64,000 bases of DNA from Octopus vulgaris (GCA_951406725.2 OX597834.1:14570001-14634000); one strand, 5' to 3'. Positions 1 to 13,790 are shown, counted from the stretch's first letter. Translations and numbers: made by a program. Notes: a model not told the origin generated them from the sequence alone.

Positions 1-323
1 GTTACGCACTGGGGTCGATGTCTGTCCTTGTTTGTCCGCTCTGTGTTTAGCCCCTTGTGGGTAATAAGGAAATAGTTATTGAACCCAGATCTACGAGGTT
101 GGGAAAAAAGCTGCTTGTCTATAACTTATTGCAATAAACTGTTGTTTCAAGATTCGTTGAGCTTCAACATATAAATATACTTGGAACACTTATAACTGGA
201 TTCCAAAGGACCATAGTGATGCAAAACACGTGCGAACTGAAGTATAAGCCTGCAACAAAGAAATGTTCCCTGTACACGTGAATATGTGTGCGTGTGTGTG
301 CGTGGGTATCTGTTATTCATATA

Positions 324-738
324 CTCTTTTACTCTTTTACTCTTTTACTTGTTTCAGTCATTTGACTGCGGCCATGCTGGAGTACCGCCTTTAGTCGAGC
401 CACTCGACCCCGGCACTTATTCTTTTGTAAGCCCAGTACCTATTCTATCGGTCTCTTTTGCCGAACCGCTATGTAACGGGGACATAAACACACCAGCATC
501 GGTTGTCAAGCAATGCTAGGGGGACAAACACAGACACACAAACTCACACACATATATATATATATACATATATACCACGGGCTTCTTTCAGTTTCCGTCT
601 ACCAAATCCACTCATAAGGCTTTGGTCGGCCCGAGGCTATAGTAGAACACACTTGCCCAAGGTACCATGCAGTGGGACTGAACCCGGAACCAAGTGGTTG
701 GTAAACCAGCTACTTACCACACAGCCACTCCTGCGCCT
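324..738 (-). mobile_element. tRNA-derived SINE, family A, full length
   Basis: Minus strand starts AGGCGCAGGAGTGGCTGTGTGG (A box) ... GGTTCAGTCCC (B box), then CCTTGGGCAAGTG (CORE-like), an internal (TA)/(TG) tract and a tail ending (GTAAAAGA)n; more than 10 similar copies in the window. Confidence 0.9.
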
Positions 739-859
739 ATATTGTACTTATATATGTACTTATAGTCGACATTTTGTGTAGAAATAGTTTTCCTAATATT
801 TCTTATGTAGTTTCGTAATAGTTATCCTTATTTCACATATATACATACACAACGAACCC

Positions 860-1655
860 TAGAGCTTGCCATCAGTAAATTGTCGCCATGAAATATTTTC
901 AATTTAGTGCTTGCGCATTGTTTGTTTTTGATGTTGTCGACAACACAGTATAGTAGATTCAGCTGGGCATCGTTTGTGAGAAAATCAGCATCATTACGCC
1001 ATTCGTTCTGTCAGAAATTTGGAAACGACATGATGTACTGCTTCGCATTCGTGCTGGAAGGCTCCAATACGAACACTTCAGACTGTTTGGGCGTCAATAT
1101 GAGACCAGTGCAGTTTGAGGACATGCACCGAGAGTGATGAAACTTAAACATCTTGTTGTTTGGAGTGACCAACAATGATGGCGTCTTTATGCCTCCATTC
1201 ATTTTCCCAAATGCGCTCACAATCTACACAGACGCCTATATCAAGTGCCTGGAGAAGGTAGTGCTGCCCTGCGTGAAGAGGGTGGCTGCTGGAAGACCCC
1301 ATGTCTGACAACAGGACTCTGCTCCATTCCTCACAAGCAGGGGAATCCAGACATGGTTGTCAGACAATTTCTCTAACCACACAGTATCTAACATCTCGCT
1401 ATCTACCTCCCCAGACTGCAACACCTTTCATTATTATTTGTGGGGTGCAGTTGAGTAAGAGGCCAACAAAACCCCTTTAAGACCAAAGATGAACTGAAGG
1501 CAAGGATTAAGGCAGCATTCACCAACTTAAAGAAAGAGACCGTACAGAATAGTTATAGGAGCCTCCGAAGTTGTCTGGAGGCCGTGGTTGAAGCCAATGG
1601 CAATTTTATTGAATAAATTTACTCATTAGTATTTCAAGATATTTTTATGTAAGAA
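860..1655 (+). mobile_element. Decayed Tc1/mariner transposon, maT (DD37D)-like
   Basis: Broken frame reads MPPFIFP..AYIKCLEKVVLP..QQDSAP..SPDCN..WGAVE..LEAVVEANGNFIE*; homologous to 19660-19870 and 54851-55720. Confidence 0.85.
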
Positions 1656-1958
1656 AGGCAAATGTGGTCAATATACCTGTGTAAATGAGCGAGGTCGCAG
1701 TTAAATGACTGAAACAAGTAAAAGACAGATGATAATCACCACCGTTTGATTAAGTACGTCTGTCCACATGAAGCGAATTATTGCACATATGTTCTATTCA
1801 ACTGCAGCTTTTAAACTTACGTCTTGTTTAGTTTCGTAATATTTCAATTGGAAGTATTTTGTTCTCATTGCTTTTGAAGCAGCAAAAAAAAAGATGACAT
1901 AGTACTTTACTTTCAAACTCTAATTTCTTTCATTGTATTTTTCAATATCTTCAAACAG

Positions 1959-2139
1959 CATTGTTGCGTTGAGGAATTCTTGGAGAAAATGTAAACTCGG
2001 TGCGAGAAGAAATTGGAAGAAAAATGAAACATCCTTTGAGATGATGATTCAGAATAAATGTCTAGCAGCTAACTTCTTCAGTCACTGGAGATTTTTCTTA
2101 GAAAGTTGGATCAATGAAAACCAACAAAATGATTACACG
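1959..2139 (+). CDS. Weak candidate internal exon, product unknown
   Basis: Pyrimidine-rich tract plus CAG acceptor (AG 1957-1958), stop-free non-repetitive frame IVALRNSWRKCK...FFSHWRFFLESW...DYT, possible donor GTCAGT at 2140. No homology recognised. Confidence 0.2.
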
Positions 2140-3207
2140 GTCAGTCAAATTAAAACACCTTCTAAAGCAAAAATCTCATGAAAGCAAATCAAAGTAAAGA
2201 TTTTAAAACAACTACAAACAAGAACTCTTGCTTTATGAAAGGAGAAAAGTTTTCGTAGTGAATCGGAACAAAAGAATTGCACAATAAATTCTCGTAGTGT
2301 TTGATGAAACATTTATATAAATTTTGAATGTGATATTGTTAGATCGAGGAAGCAATACGTCTAGTCATAATGTGAGATTGGTACTATCGACTAAAAATAT
2401 TGGTTATTTTTTTGTATTTGTTTAATTAGAATTCGGTCCACAGCAATGGGAAAAATGTATTATAAAAATACAAGCCATGAATAGTCAAAATTCCCTAGGG
2501 TGTTAATATAATTCGGAAATTGAAACAAATTATTTTTAGTTGAAACATTATCACAAATAAACTGTATACATTCGATTCTTTTTCGTTGGTATTCATGAGA
2601 AAATAATGTTTGGTGGAATTAAAAATAAATTTATAGATCGAAGCATGCGAAATAGATTAACTTTTTTGGAATAAAGGTGAAAATCTATTACTTGGAATGT
2701 GATTCTAGCGGAACATTGTCAAGAATTATCTAGAACGATAATATAAAACGTTAGTATATGTATACATTATTAATATAATTTAACTTATTACTGAGGGATT
2801 AACATCTATATATCACGTGCTCGATACTAATCCCCATTTCTGAAAATAAAATATTCGCTTGCAAATTTAGAAATGAGTACTGCATGGGTAAAATAGATTC
2901 AAGAAAGATGGTAACGTGTCTGGCGCAGCAAATGATATAATGTGCGGTGTCGTTACAAACATACAGCTATAGAATCATTAAATATTGTGGGATATGAAAT
3001 GCAAAAAAATTAGGGAAGGAGAGCACACACTTTTGTGTTATGGACGTATGACAAAGAGTCACCGAAGGTACCAAAGAGCATCTGTGAATTCTCAATAATT
3101 CCACTAAGCATGTCCCTTATTTTACTTCAGAGAATAAACACTATTTGTTCACAGGTAATATTTTTCCTATTTTTTTCTAATTTCATATATATATATATAT
3201 ATATATA

Positions 3208-3272
<65 letters not shown>

Positions 3273-3291
3273 ATATATACGTATATTATTA

Positions 3292-3348
<57 letters not shown>

Positions 3349-4146
3349 ATGAAACATACCATTTAAACCTGGATAAAAAATGTCCAAAATAGCAACGAGG
3401 TTAATATTCTAAATAACAATATCGTATCTTATTATGTACTTATTTATTTCTCAGTAAAAAATTATTACATGTGACCTTTACCTCGAGAGATTTCTGAAAA
3501 CATTTAATAACATATCAACGCTCGCATATCAAATATGTTATTTTTATATTCGTCTTTAATTTACTATTAATTCTCTAGTGAATGGTACAATTTTTCTTTT
3601 TCTGTTGCTTAATATTACGATACAATTGCCAAATATGATTCATTTCGTTAAATATTAAATGAACGTTAATTAACTAATCTCTATGATAAATACATAATTA
3701 TATCATTTTTATTTCCTGTCACACCAGTTAGACTTGAATATTTGCATCGCTGCGAATTCCTAAAATGAACTTAGGTAGATAACAAGCTTATAACAATCTA
3801 TGAAAGGTCGCTTGGTGAATGCCATTCATACCAGTGATTAAAGTCCGTTGATCAGGTAAAAGAAACAGCGCATGCTTTTGTAATGTATTTGTCAAAAACA
3901 TTGAACTATTTTAGTAAAATGAATTTCGATGGAAAAACGTGAGGCAAATATGCGTCAGTTACGGTAAGTAATTCGCAGCATGTTTTAGGAGCTATGCTCC
4001 GCTTGGAAACCATTTAACGCTAAACATTTGAAATTTATTCCAAACCAATAGCTCCCCTGCTTTGAAGCGGCGCTTTTAAATACACACACATGCACGTACG
4101 CGCATAAAATCTCACAAACACACGCTTACACACATATATATATGCA

Positions 4147-4207
<61 letters not shown>

Positions 4208-4333
4208 GTACGTACATACGTATATGTAACAATATATATATATATGTATATACATATATATATGAGTGTGTGTATATATAAATTCATAATATACATATGA
4301 ATATATGTATAATATATATACATATACACACAC

Positions 4334-4378
<45 letters not shown>

Positions 4379-4406
4379 TAGAGAGAGAGAGAGATACATA
4401 GATATG

Positions 4407-4468
<62 letters not shown>

Positions 4469-4938
4469 GATATAAACACAAATATGTGTGTGTATGCATA
4501 TGCATGTATGTATTGAGTGATCGATACGCAATGTATTTTCTACCCAGAATTGTCATACTCCTGGAAAAGCGACAAGGGTGCCTTTTTACCCTCAGCCCGT
4601 GGTTGATCAAAGGGTTATATTAATATACAAGGAATTGTGCATCCCCACAAATACAGTCACAAGTTTGAATACGCACCAAAACGGCATCTTAAGTTTTATA
4701 AACTCACATACATTCACGTAAATACGCATATGACCAATGGTATTCTTCTATACGCAGCTATATACATGCCATCAAAAATCGCCTCAAGACATGCCCTTAC
4801 TTGTTAGCTACACCAAGGAAGTCAGTACTAAAATTTCAATATAAAAGAATTATTTAGCATACTCTCTCTCTCTCTCTCTCTCTTTCACCCACACACGTAT
4901 ATGTATTTGTGTGTGTGTGTATAAGTGTGTGTTTGTCT

Positions 4939-5345
4939 GGCTGTGTAGTAAGTAGCTTGCTAACCAACCACATGGTTCCAGGTTCAGTCCCACTGCGTGG
5001 CATCTTGGGCAAGTGTCTTCTGCTATAGCCCCGGGCCGACCAATGCCTTGTGAGTGGATTTGGTAGACGGAAACCGAAAGAAGCCTGTCGTATATATGTA
5101 TATATATATAAGTGTGTGTGTATATGTTTGTGTGTCTGTGTTTGTCCCCCTAGCATTGCTTGACAACCGATGCTGGTGTGTTTACGTCCCCGTCACTTAG
5201 CGGTTCGGCAAAAGAGACCGATAGAATAAGTACTGGGCTTACAAAGAATAAGTCCCGGGGTCGATTTGCTCGACTAAAGGCGGTGCTCCAGCATGGCCGC
5301 AGTCAAATGACTGAAACAAGTAAAAGAGTAAAGAGTAAAGAGAGT
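4939..5345 (+). mobile_element. SINE family A copy
   Basis: GGCTGTGTAGTAAG...GGTTCAGTCCC head through to CAGTCAAATGACTGAAACAAGTAAAAGAG tail. Confidence 0.9.
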
Positions 5346-5444
5346 ATGTATGTATGTATTCATGTAAGTATATATACTGATACAATAGCCAACGAATTTT
5401 ATAACAGATTTCATGAATCTCCAGTACACTAAAATTACTCTCTC

Positions 5445-5712
5445 TAGTCGCTGGTCACAATACGCTTCGCATTGTTTTTAGCCTTCAAAATCACGCCACC
5501 CCGCTGGCTAAGCGAGCTGGCCAATAGAAGAAAGAGTGAGAGAAGCTAGTGGCGAAAGAGTACAGTAGGGAACACCACCTCCCCCTGCCGAAGCATCGTG
5601 GAGCTTTAGGTGTTTTCGCTCAATAAACACTCACAACGCCCTGTCTGGGAAACGAAACTACGATTCCACGACCGCGAGTTCGCTGCCCTAACCACTGGGT
5701 CATTGCATCACC
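5445..5712 (-). mobile_element. tRNA-derived SINE family B copy, tail type 1
   Basis: Minus head TGCAATGACCCAGTGGTTAGGGCAGCGAACTCGCGGTCG..GTTTCG and body GTGTTTATTGAGCGAAAACACCTAAAGCTCC shared with the copies at 38175 and 59150. Confidence 0.85.
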
Positions 5713-5714
5713 AA

Positions 5715-5782
<68 letters not shown>

Positions 5783-6032
5783 ATGTGTGTAATGTGCTTA
5801 CCCTGCTATATATATATACATATATATATATAAAAAGCAATAAAGATTCAAGTTAATTTATATGAATTTCCAGAGATATGATGAGGGATTACATACTCAC
5901 AGACGACAAATTTATCCATTGTTAATCACAACGAGGTGGGTCTCAATTCCTGCTAGAGAACTCACATGTATTTTAGCTGATGAGTACAGGACACGTTTAT
6001 ATATATATATATATATAAAATCAAATATATAC

Positions 6033-6074
<42 letters not shown>

Positions 6075-6218
6075 CAGGGTAATCACATTAATGCGTAATA
6101 AGGTGGAAAAAATAGTACTCGAATACCAGAGATAGAGTAATATGCCTTATTAAAGAGCAGCAAGAATATCACAAAAACTGTTTGCGTGATATTTCTACTG
6201 CTTTTTAACATGTATAAT

Positions 6219-6299
<81 letters not shown>

Positions 6300-6694
6300 G
6301 CACAATACCCTACTGGGATCCAATAGGCAATTAGAATAATTGATTAACGTTTCCGACATGTTAAATGTGCATATCATATTAATGATTATGCGAACCTAAT
6401 TCAGTGTATATTTTGTCTGAGGTTTTTTGAGGTTATTTCAGTAAATGCATCTTAATAGAATTACACATGCTTCTACAGATATTATTTTTCCCTATATTTC
6501 TATATTTTCTATATTGGAGTATGACAATCCGTATCTAGAGAGACATCTCCTGCGATTTAGGTAGAAGTCTTTGAGGAATAGCCAAACACATTATATAATA
6601 ATTAATCTCGGTGCATTCTATTCCCACGCAATCATACGATTCTGAAATACCACTTCGGTAGCGCGGCACATTAAGAGGAATATGATTATGCGTA

Positions 6695-6696
<2 letters not shown>

Positions 6697-6775
<79 letters not shown>

Positions 6776-7055
6776 CATCATCATTATGATTATTATTATT
6801 ATTATTATTATTATTATTGTCATCATCATCATCATCATAGGTATTAATTATTAGTACTATTAATGTTCATATTACCGTCATAATGTTTCTATTTATTTAT
6901 TTGCTATTATCATTTTTGCTATTATATCATCATTATCATCATCATCATCATCATCATCATAATTATTATTATTATCATTCTTCTTCTTCTTCTTCTCCCT
7001 CTTCTTCTTCTCCCTCTTCTTCTTCTTCTCCTCCTCCTCCTTCTTCTTATTGTTA

Positions 7056-7117
<62 letters not shown>

Positions 7118-7291
7118 GTTATTATTATTGTTGTTGTTGTTAAAATAAAATTGTATTAGTATTATTATTATTAACATCGTCGTTGTCAGCATCACTATTA
7201 GTTATTTGTATTATTAATGTTCGTGTTAACGTTATAGTTTTTGTATGTAATTATTTATTCATTATTATTATTATTGTTATTGTTATTATTA

Positions 7292-7346
<55 letters not shown>

Positions 7347-7376
7347 CATCATCATTATCATTATTATTATTATTGA

Positions 7377-7466
<90 letters not shown>

Positions 7467-7571
7467 CATATTATTATTATTATCATTGATATTATTATTA
7501 TTATTATTATTATTATTTTATTATTATCATCATCATTATCATTATTATTATTATTGATATTATTATTATTA

Positions 7572-7632
<61 letters not shown>

Positions 7633-7662
7633 CATCATCATTATCATTATTATTATTATTGA

Positions 7663-7713
<51 letters not shown>

Positions 7714-7790
7714 TACTACTACTACTATTATTATTATTATTGTTATTGTTATTATTATTATTATCATTATTATTATCATCATCATCATAT
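6697..7790. repeat. Compound trinucleotide microsatellite (ATT/CAT/TCT/GTT)n
   Basis: Directly visible; source of the poly-I/L/Y ORFs. Confidence 0.95.
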
Positions 7791-8105
7791 CAATGTTTTT
7801 ATTATTTTTATTGCCGTTGTATTTGTTGTTTTGTATTGTTACTATCATTACTGCTTGCTTGAACAAGCATCGCACGTGAACTAAAAGCAATCCTCAATGC
7901 TCCATTAGCGTTTAACCATTAAACATCACGTAAGCCACTGCGAAATGCGCAGACACGCACGCACACCGAACAAGAGAGGAAAGGGTTAAGACTGAAATTC
8001 AAATCAATCTACCGTACATACGCCTAGGTGTCAAGAAGCAACTGGAGGTTGTTAAAATACCGTTTAAACTTATGGCACTTCCTTCTCTATGTATTATTTT
8101 AGATA

Positions 8106-8865
8106 CTCTTTTACTCTTTTACTCTTTTACTCTTTTACTTGTTTCAGTCATTTGACTGCGGCCATGCTGGAGCACAGCCTTTAATCGAGCAACTCGACCC
8201 CGGTACTTATTGTTTTGTAAGCCCAGTACTTATTCTATCGGTCTCTTTTGCCGAACCGCTAAGTGACGGGGACGTAAACACACCAGCATCGGTTGTCAAG
8301 CAATGCTAGGGGGACAAACACAGACACACAAACACACACACACACACACACATATATACTCTTTACTCTCTTTTACTTGTTTCAGTCACTTGACTGCGGC
8401 CATGCTGGAGCACCGCCTTTAATCGAGCAAATCGACCCCGGGACTTATTCTTTGTAAGCCCAGTACTTATTCTATCGGGCTCTTTTTGCCGAACCGCTAA
8501 GTGACGGGGACGTAAACACACCAGCATCGGTTGTCAAGCAATGCTAGGGGGACAAACACAGACACACAAACACACATACACACACACACATATATACTCT
8601 TTACTCTCTTTTACTTGTTTCAGTCATTTGACTGCGGCCATGCTGGAGCACCGCCTTTAATCGAGCAAATCGAACCGGCACTTATTCTTTGTAAGCCCAG
8701 TACTTATTCTATCGGGCTCTTTTGCCGAACCGCTAAGTGACGGGGACGTAAACACACCAGCATCGGTTGTCAAGCAATGCTAGAGGGACAAACACAGACA
8801 CACAAACACACACACACATACACACACACACATATATATATATATATACATATATATGACAGGCT
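8106..8865 (-). mobile_element. Tandem triplication of the 3' half of SINE family A
   Basis: Three head-to-tail units of about 240-270 bp starting near 8106, 8357 and 8596, each running from the tail to GGGACAAACACAGACACACAAAC(AC)n(AT)n; no tRNA head. Confidence 0.9.
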
Positions 8866-8869
8866 ACCC

Positions 8870-9060
8870 ATCTTTCAATCTTCTCCAGGGGTGAAACGAT
8901 TAAAGAAGACTCCCTGTCTATGGAAGATAGAGCTCCTTCTCGTACAACTAATAAGACCCAAGATTGGTTGGAAGAGAATGGCATTAGAAAGCCCCCCATA
9001 GCCAAGCTAGTATGAACCCTATTCAACACCTCTGGGGCATAATGGCAGGACACTTCATAG
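8870..9060 (+). mobile_element. Decayed Tc1-like (DD34E) transposase fragment
   Basis: Translates MEDRAPSRTTNKTQDWLEENGIRK...MNPIQHLWGIM, matching the Tc1 pattern QDxAPxH...SPDxNPIEHLW. Confidence 0.7.
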
Positions 9061-9570
9061 AAAGAACAATAAAGCAGCCTAAAATCCAGACATTTTTGAG
9101 TACAAAAATCCGACGGCCATCTTTTCCACTGAACAATGCAATATGGTTCTCAATTCCCCAACAATAGTCTTGTTAAGACTTGTTATTCTTTTTAAAGACC
9201 ACATCAATTCCGTTCTTTATTGGTTCTATAGTCCAAAACGTCGATCAAAGGAAGATGTTTACATTTTCATCGGAGTTTTTTCAAATGATATGCTCTTTTC
9301 AAAATATATCACATAAGTGAGATTTTTCTATCTATATATATATATATATACTACAGAAGGTATTGCTTGGTACTTTCAATCAAAGCATTTGAAAGATAAC
9401 TGATAGAAAATATCAACAACGAAATCTTATATATAAAGATGAAACAGAAATCATACGAAACTAATATATATATAAATCAGTATGAAGTTAGATATCATTT
9501 ATTTGCACGTAATATGTTTGCCGAAGCAGAAATCTCTCTTTCTCTATTACACACACACACACACAAACAC

Positions 9571-9592
9571 AGAGGAATACATGTTCGCACAC

Positions 9593-9625
<33 letters not shown>

Positions 9626-9660
9626 CACATAGAGGAATACGTCTCCGCACACACACACAC

Positions 9661-9698
<38 letters not shown>

Positions 9699-9709
9699 GA
9701 ATACGTCTC

Positions 9710-9764
<55 letters not shown>

Positions 9765-9802
9765 GAATACGTCTCCGCACACACACACACACACACACAC
9801 AT

Positions 9803-9836
<34 letters not shown>

Positions 9837-9868
9837 GAATACGTCTCCGCACTCACACACTCACACAC
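9571..9868. repeat. Compound minisatellite: AGAGGAATACGTCTCCGC plus (AC)n, five units
   Basis: 18-nt motif at about 9571 (variant), 9631, 9694, 9761 and 9833, separated by (AC)n of variable length. Confidence 0.9.
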
Positions 9869-10049
9869 ATTCTCTGTACATGTCTCATTATGTCTATCTC
9901 TTTCGGTTTGCTTTTATCTCTCTCTCTCCTATAAATACATACACTAATACACACACACATATACATATATACATGCTAATGCTACATATATGTGTATGTG
10001 TTTGCGCATGTGTGTGTGTGTCTTCTGAGAAATCACTTAAATTCTTAGA

Positions 10050-10560
10050 AGATTCCTGATTATATATTTCCCTCAACATGTGGCCATTTCCATTGATTTC
10101 TGACAATAAGGATAAAACATACCACATTGCCATTATTGTCTTCTACATATCCATAGGCTTAAGTCATTGGCCAGAGGCCATATAAAGACAAAGGCTTCAA
10201 AGCTTTCTAGTCGATAGTATTTATCCCGTTTTTTATTCCAGTCTGCAAAGTTTTTATTGATGTATGTTATATCGTTTTGCTGAAATTGCTTTTTCTGCAA
10301 AAGATCAGGTTCCAACCACTGTTTGTGAAAGACTATTACAGTGTCAGATATATAAGCAGAAATTTACGGCAAACAACATTATCATATATCTTCCATAATA
10401 TTCAAATGTTCATTGCATAAATTTCTTCAAAAAACCCGAGACCAACCTTCTACACACGGATATATCTCCAACAATAATAATTCTTTGCTCGAGTGGTCTA
10501 TTGTGCCCCATATATGCCTAAAAGATTTCACCAGGTGGTGCTATTGAGTTAGACATGGCC
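10050..10560 (-). mobile_element. Highly decayed Tc1-like transposase remnant
   Basis: Minus frames give HIWGT, QFQQND..ADW..FIWPLANDLSL, resembling VWG / FQQDN / WPxxSPDL motifs in the expected order. Confidence 0.4.
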
Positions 10561-11080
10561 TGGGTCCATAATGGCCAAAACCAATCAAAGTTATATCTAT
10601 CGATATATATATGTTTTATTAATATTTAGTCAAAGCAACAGAGTGACCCAAGGACCAAGACTGCTATTAAACTTCTTGCATCGTTATACTTATATATTAA
10701 TACAAGTATTAATTAAAGTATATATAATGTTATATTCGGTTCATGGGAATAACTTGAGATTTCCGTCCATAAAGAGATTAGCTTCATGGCGTATCGTCAG
10801 ACCCCAAAAATTTGTTGGCCCATAACCTCTGAAAAATATGTATGGGAAAATGGCTATCTACTCAAAAGCAAAAATTGCAGATTATCTGCGTTTGCAAATA
10901 GCTATCGACTTCTGACTGTGTCGCCATCTTGACGTGTCCAGAAGGCTAGCAGGAACCGCCTGAAATGTAAACATGGCCCGAACACCTCCGTGCGGAGTGA
11001 AGGATATTCCCTAATTCGAATCGCTCATTTATGATTCTCGCGCGTTCATATATAGTTATAGACATATCTACATATATATT

Positions 11081-11157
<77 letters not shown>

Positions 11158-11332
11158 GTATGTATATATATATATATACATATATATATACATAAATACA
11201 TATATTTCATACATACATATATATATGTGTATATATATATATATACATAAATACATATATTTCATACATACATATACATATATATATGTATATATATACA
11301 TAAATACATATATTACATACATACATACATAC

Positions 11333-11408
<76 letters not shown>

Positions 11409-11500
11409 GTAAAAAATACGCATGTATATGCATATACTCATATATATGTGTGTATGTATATATATGCATATATATATATGTGTGTGTAAGTGTGTGAATA

Positions 11501-11545
<45 letters not shown>

Positions 11546-11638
11546 GCATAAAATATCATTATCATTTACAGAAGTGTTAAAATTGACATTGCTTACCAAG
11601 AGTCATCGCAGAAAACGCACGTAATTTTTGTTTGTATG

Positions 11639-11700
<62 letters not shown>

Positions 11701-12099
11701 CACGCATATGTATGTATATACTCACAAACATATGAAATGTCACCAAATACGAACGAAGAATGCAGCTTATCTCTCATCTATTTCTATAGTCAAGATATAT
11801 AACAGAAAAAAAGACCTGCCAACGGTATGCACAATGTAATCTATAATTATTTGAAGATCCACTGTTGTCACATAACGACACATGCTGTACTGTAAACGGT
11901 ATACAAACACACCAATATACACACACACACACACATACATATATACCCACAAATTGTTCCTTGTTACGTACTGTATGCATGGATATATACTTATATGCAT
12001 AGTTGCGTGTATGTATACATTCAGTGTGTGTGCATGTCTGCTTATAAGATGTAAAATATTCACATACATAGAAACATGGATACAACGTACATACATAAA

Positions 12100-12340
12100 T
12101 ATATACATACATACATGCTAGATAGATACATACCTGTGTACATACATACTACATTCATGCGTACGTATGTATATACATATATACATACATACATACTAGA
12201 TACGTACCTACGTACATACATACTACATTCATGCGTACGTATGTATATACATATATACATACATACATACTAGATACATACCTATGTACATACATACTAC
12301 ATTCATGCGTACGTAGGTATATACATACATGCATACATAC
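12100..12340. repeat. 74-bp minisatellite, three units, built from (CATA)n-like sequence
   Basis: ATTCATGCGTACG recurs at 12153, 12227 and 12301. Confidence 0.85.
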
Positions 12341-12380
12341 ATATATGAGTAAAAACATACGTATACACCTAATTAGATAC

Positions 12381-12423
<43 letters not shown>

Positions 12424-12647
12424 CTTACGCATGAAAAACTCATTAAACGATAACATGACTGTAGGTCTTCTTGTTTTTATCTTCCGAACCACATGTATGC
12501 ATATACAGACACAGAAATTGCTGGACAAACGCACGTTGACACAAACACATACTGATGGAATTAGTCGCCATTACACACACAGATACGTCAATCTCATTCC
12601 CTTACACCTGCTTCCTCTATCCTTCACCCAACATCTATATACAAATA

Positions 12648-12679
<32 letters not shown>

Positions 12680-12809
12680 CATTTATATATATATATATAT
12701 ATATATATATGCGTGTGTGTGTATGTATATATATGTGTTTGTATGTATATGTATATATATATATATATATATGTATATGTATATATGCGTGTATATTTAT
12801 CCATATGTA

Positions 12810-12853
<44 letters not shown>

Positions 12854-12873
12854 TATATATATGTATGTATATG

Positions 12874-12906
<33 letters not shown>

Positions 12907-12909
12907 GTA

Positions 12910-12981
<72 letters not shown>

Positions 12982-13559
12982 AATCTATAGAAATGCGTGT
13001 GTATTAGTGCGTCTGAGTGTCTGTGTGTCTGCGAATGTAGTATCAACCGCACATTAAACAAGATCTAAATCGAATGTCACTCTTTCTCTTATCCGTTGAT
13101 TGATCGGCATTTACCGTTTCCACTTTGACTATTTAGTACTAAAAGTCAACTTGTTCACACTAATTAAGTTGACTTGGTCGCCATCATTGGCAACTAAGCT
13201 GATAACAAAAGTAATCAAATATTTTATTTACAAACCGAAAAATTCTGGAGTAGGGAAACGTGCAAGCAAAGCGGACGTGAGCTGAGGAAGAGACGCTGAT
13301 GTTTCAATATGGAGTAGATAATTTCGATGGCGTCCATTAGGTTGATGTTCTCTTTTGTACATGAAATGATGGAGTTGTTTATGTTGATTGCGTTGTCGTC
13401 ATAGGGGGTGGGTGTTGTGTTGTATGGTAGTGTAATGCCTGCTGGAGAGATTTTAAGATATGTATCGTTGTGGTGATTGTTGAAGTGCTCTCATGCGCTA
13501 AATGACAAGGGAAAAGTCGACTGTAATTGTTGTGAATGTACTTTAATCAATTTTCGGTC

Positions 13560-13790
13560 TCCCCGTTATTAACAGTTTCAAATTTTCGCACAAAGCTAGC
13601 AATTTCAAAGGAAGCGCTTCATCAATTACATCGACCCAAGTGTCAACTTGTACTTATTCTATCGACCCCAAAATGATGCAAGTCAAATTCGAACCCGGGG
13701 GAATTTGAACTCACAATCTAAAGACAGATGAAATGCTGTGAAGCTTTTTCCCAGCTCGCTAACGACTCTGCCATCTCGCGGTCTTCGTCG
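13560..13790 (-). mobile_element. SINE family C copy, decayed
   Basis: Reverse complement of the family seen at 61489-62113 (TGGCAGA..GTTAGC, GAGTTCAAATT, GGGGTCGATAGAATAAGTAC). Confidence 0.75.

Noticed and set aside
286-781. Recurrent ORFs such as FQSFDCGHAGAPP and [15 protein letters not shown] that look like a multigene family
   Set aside because: They are antisense readings of SINE family A, which explains their recurrence.
9571-9868. CRISPR-like repeat-spacer pattern
   Set aside because: Spacers are plain (AC)n, the context is eukaryotic and there are no cas genes.
10740-10805. Minus-strand CTGACGA ... GAAA hammerhead candidate
   Set aside because: Stem II needs bulges, and there is no stem III palindrome or convincing stem I.
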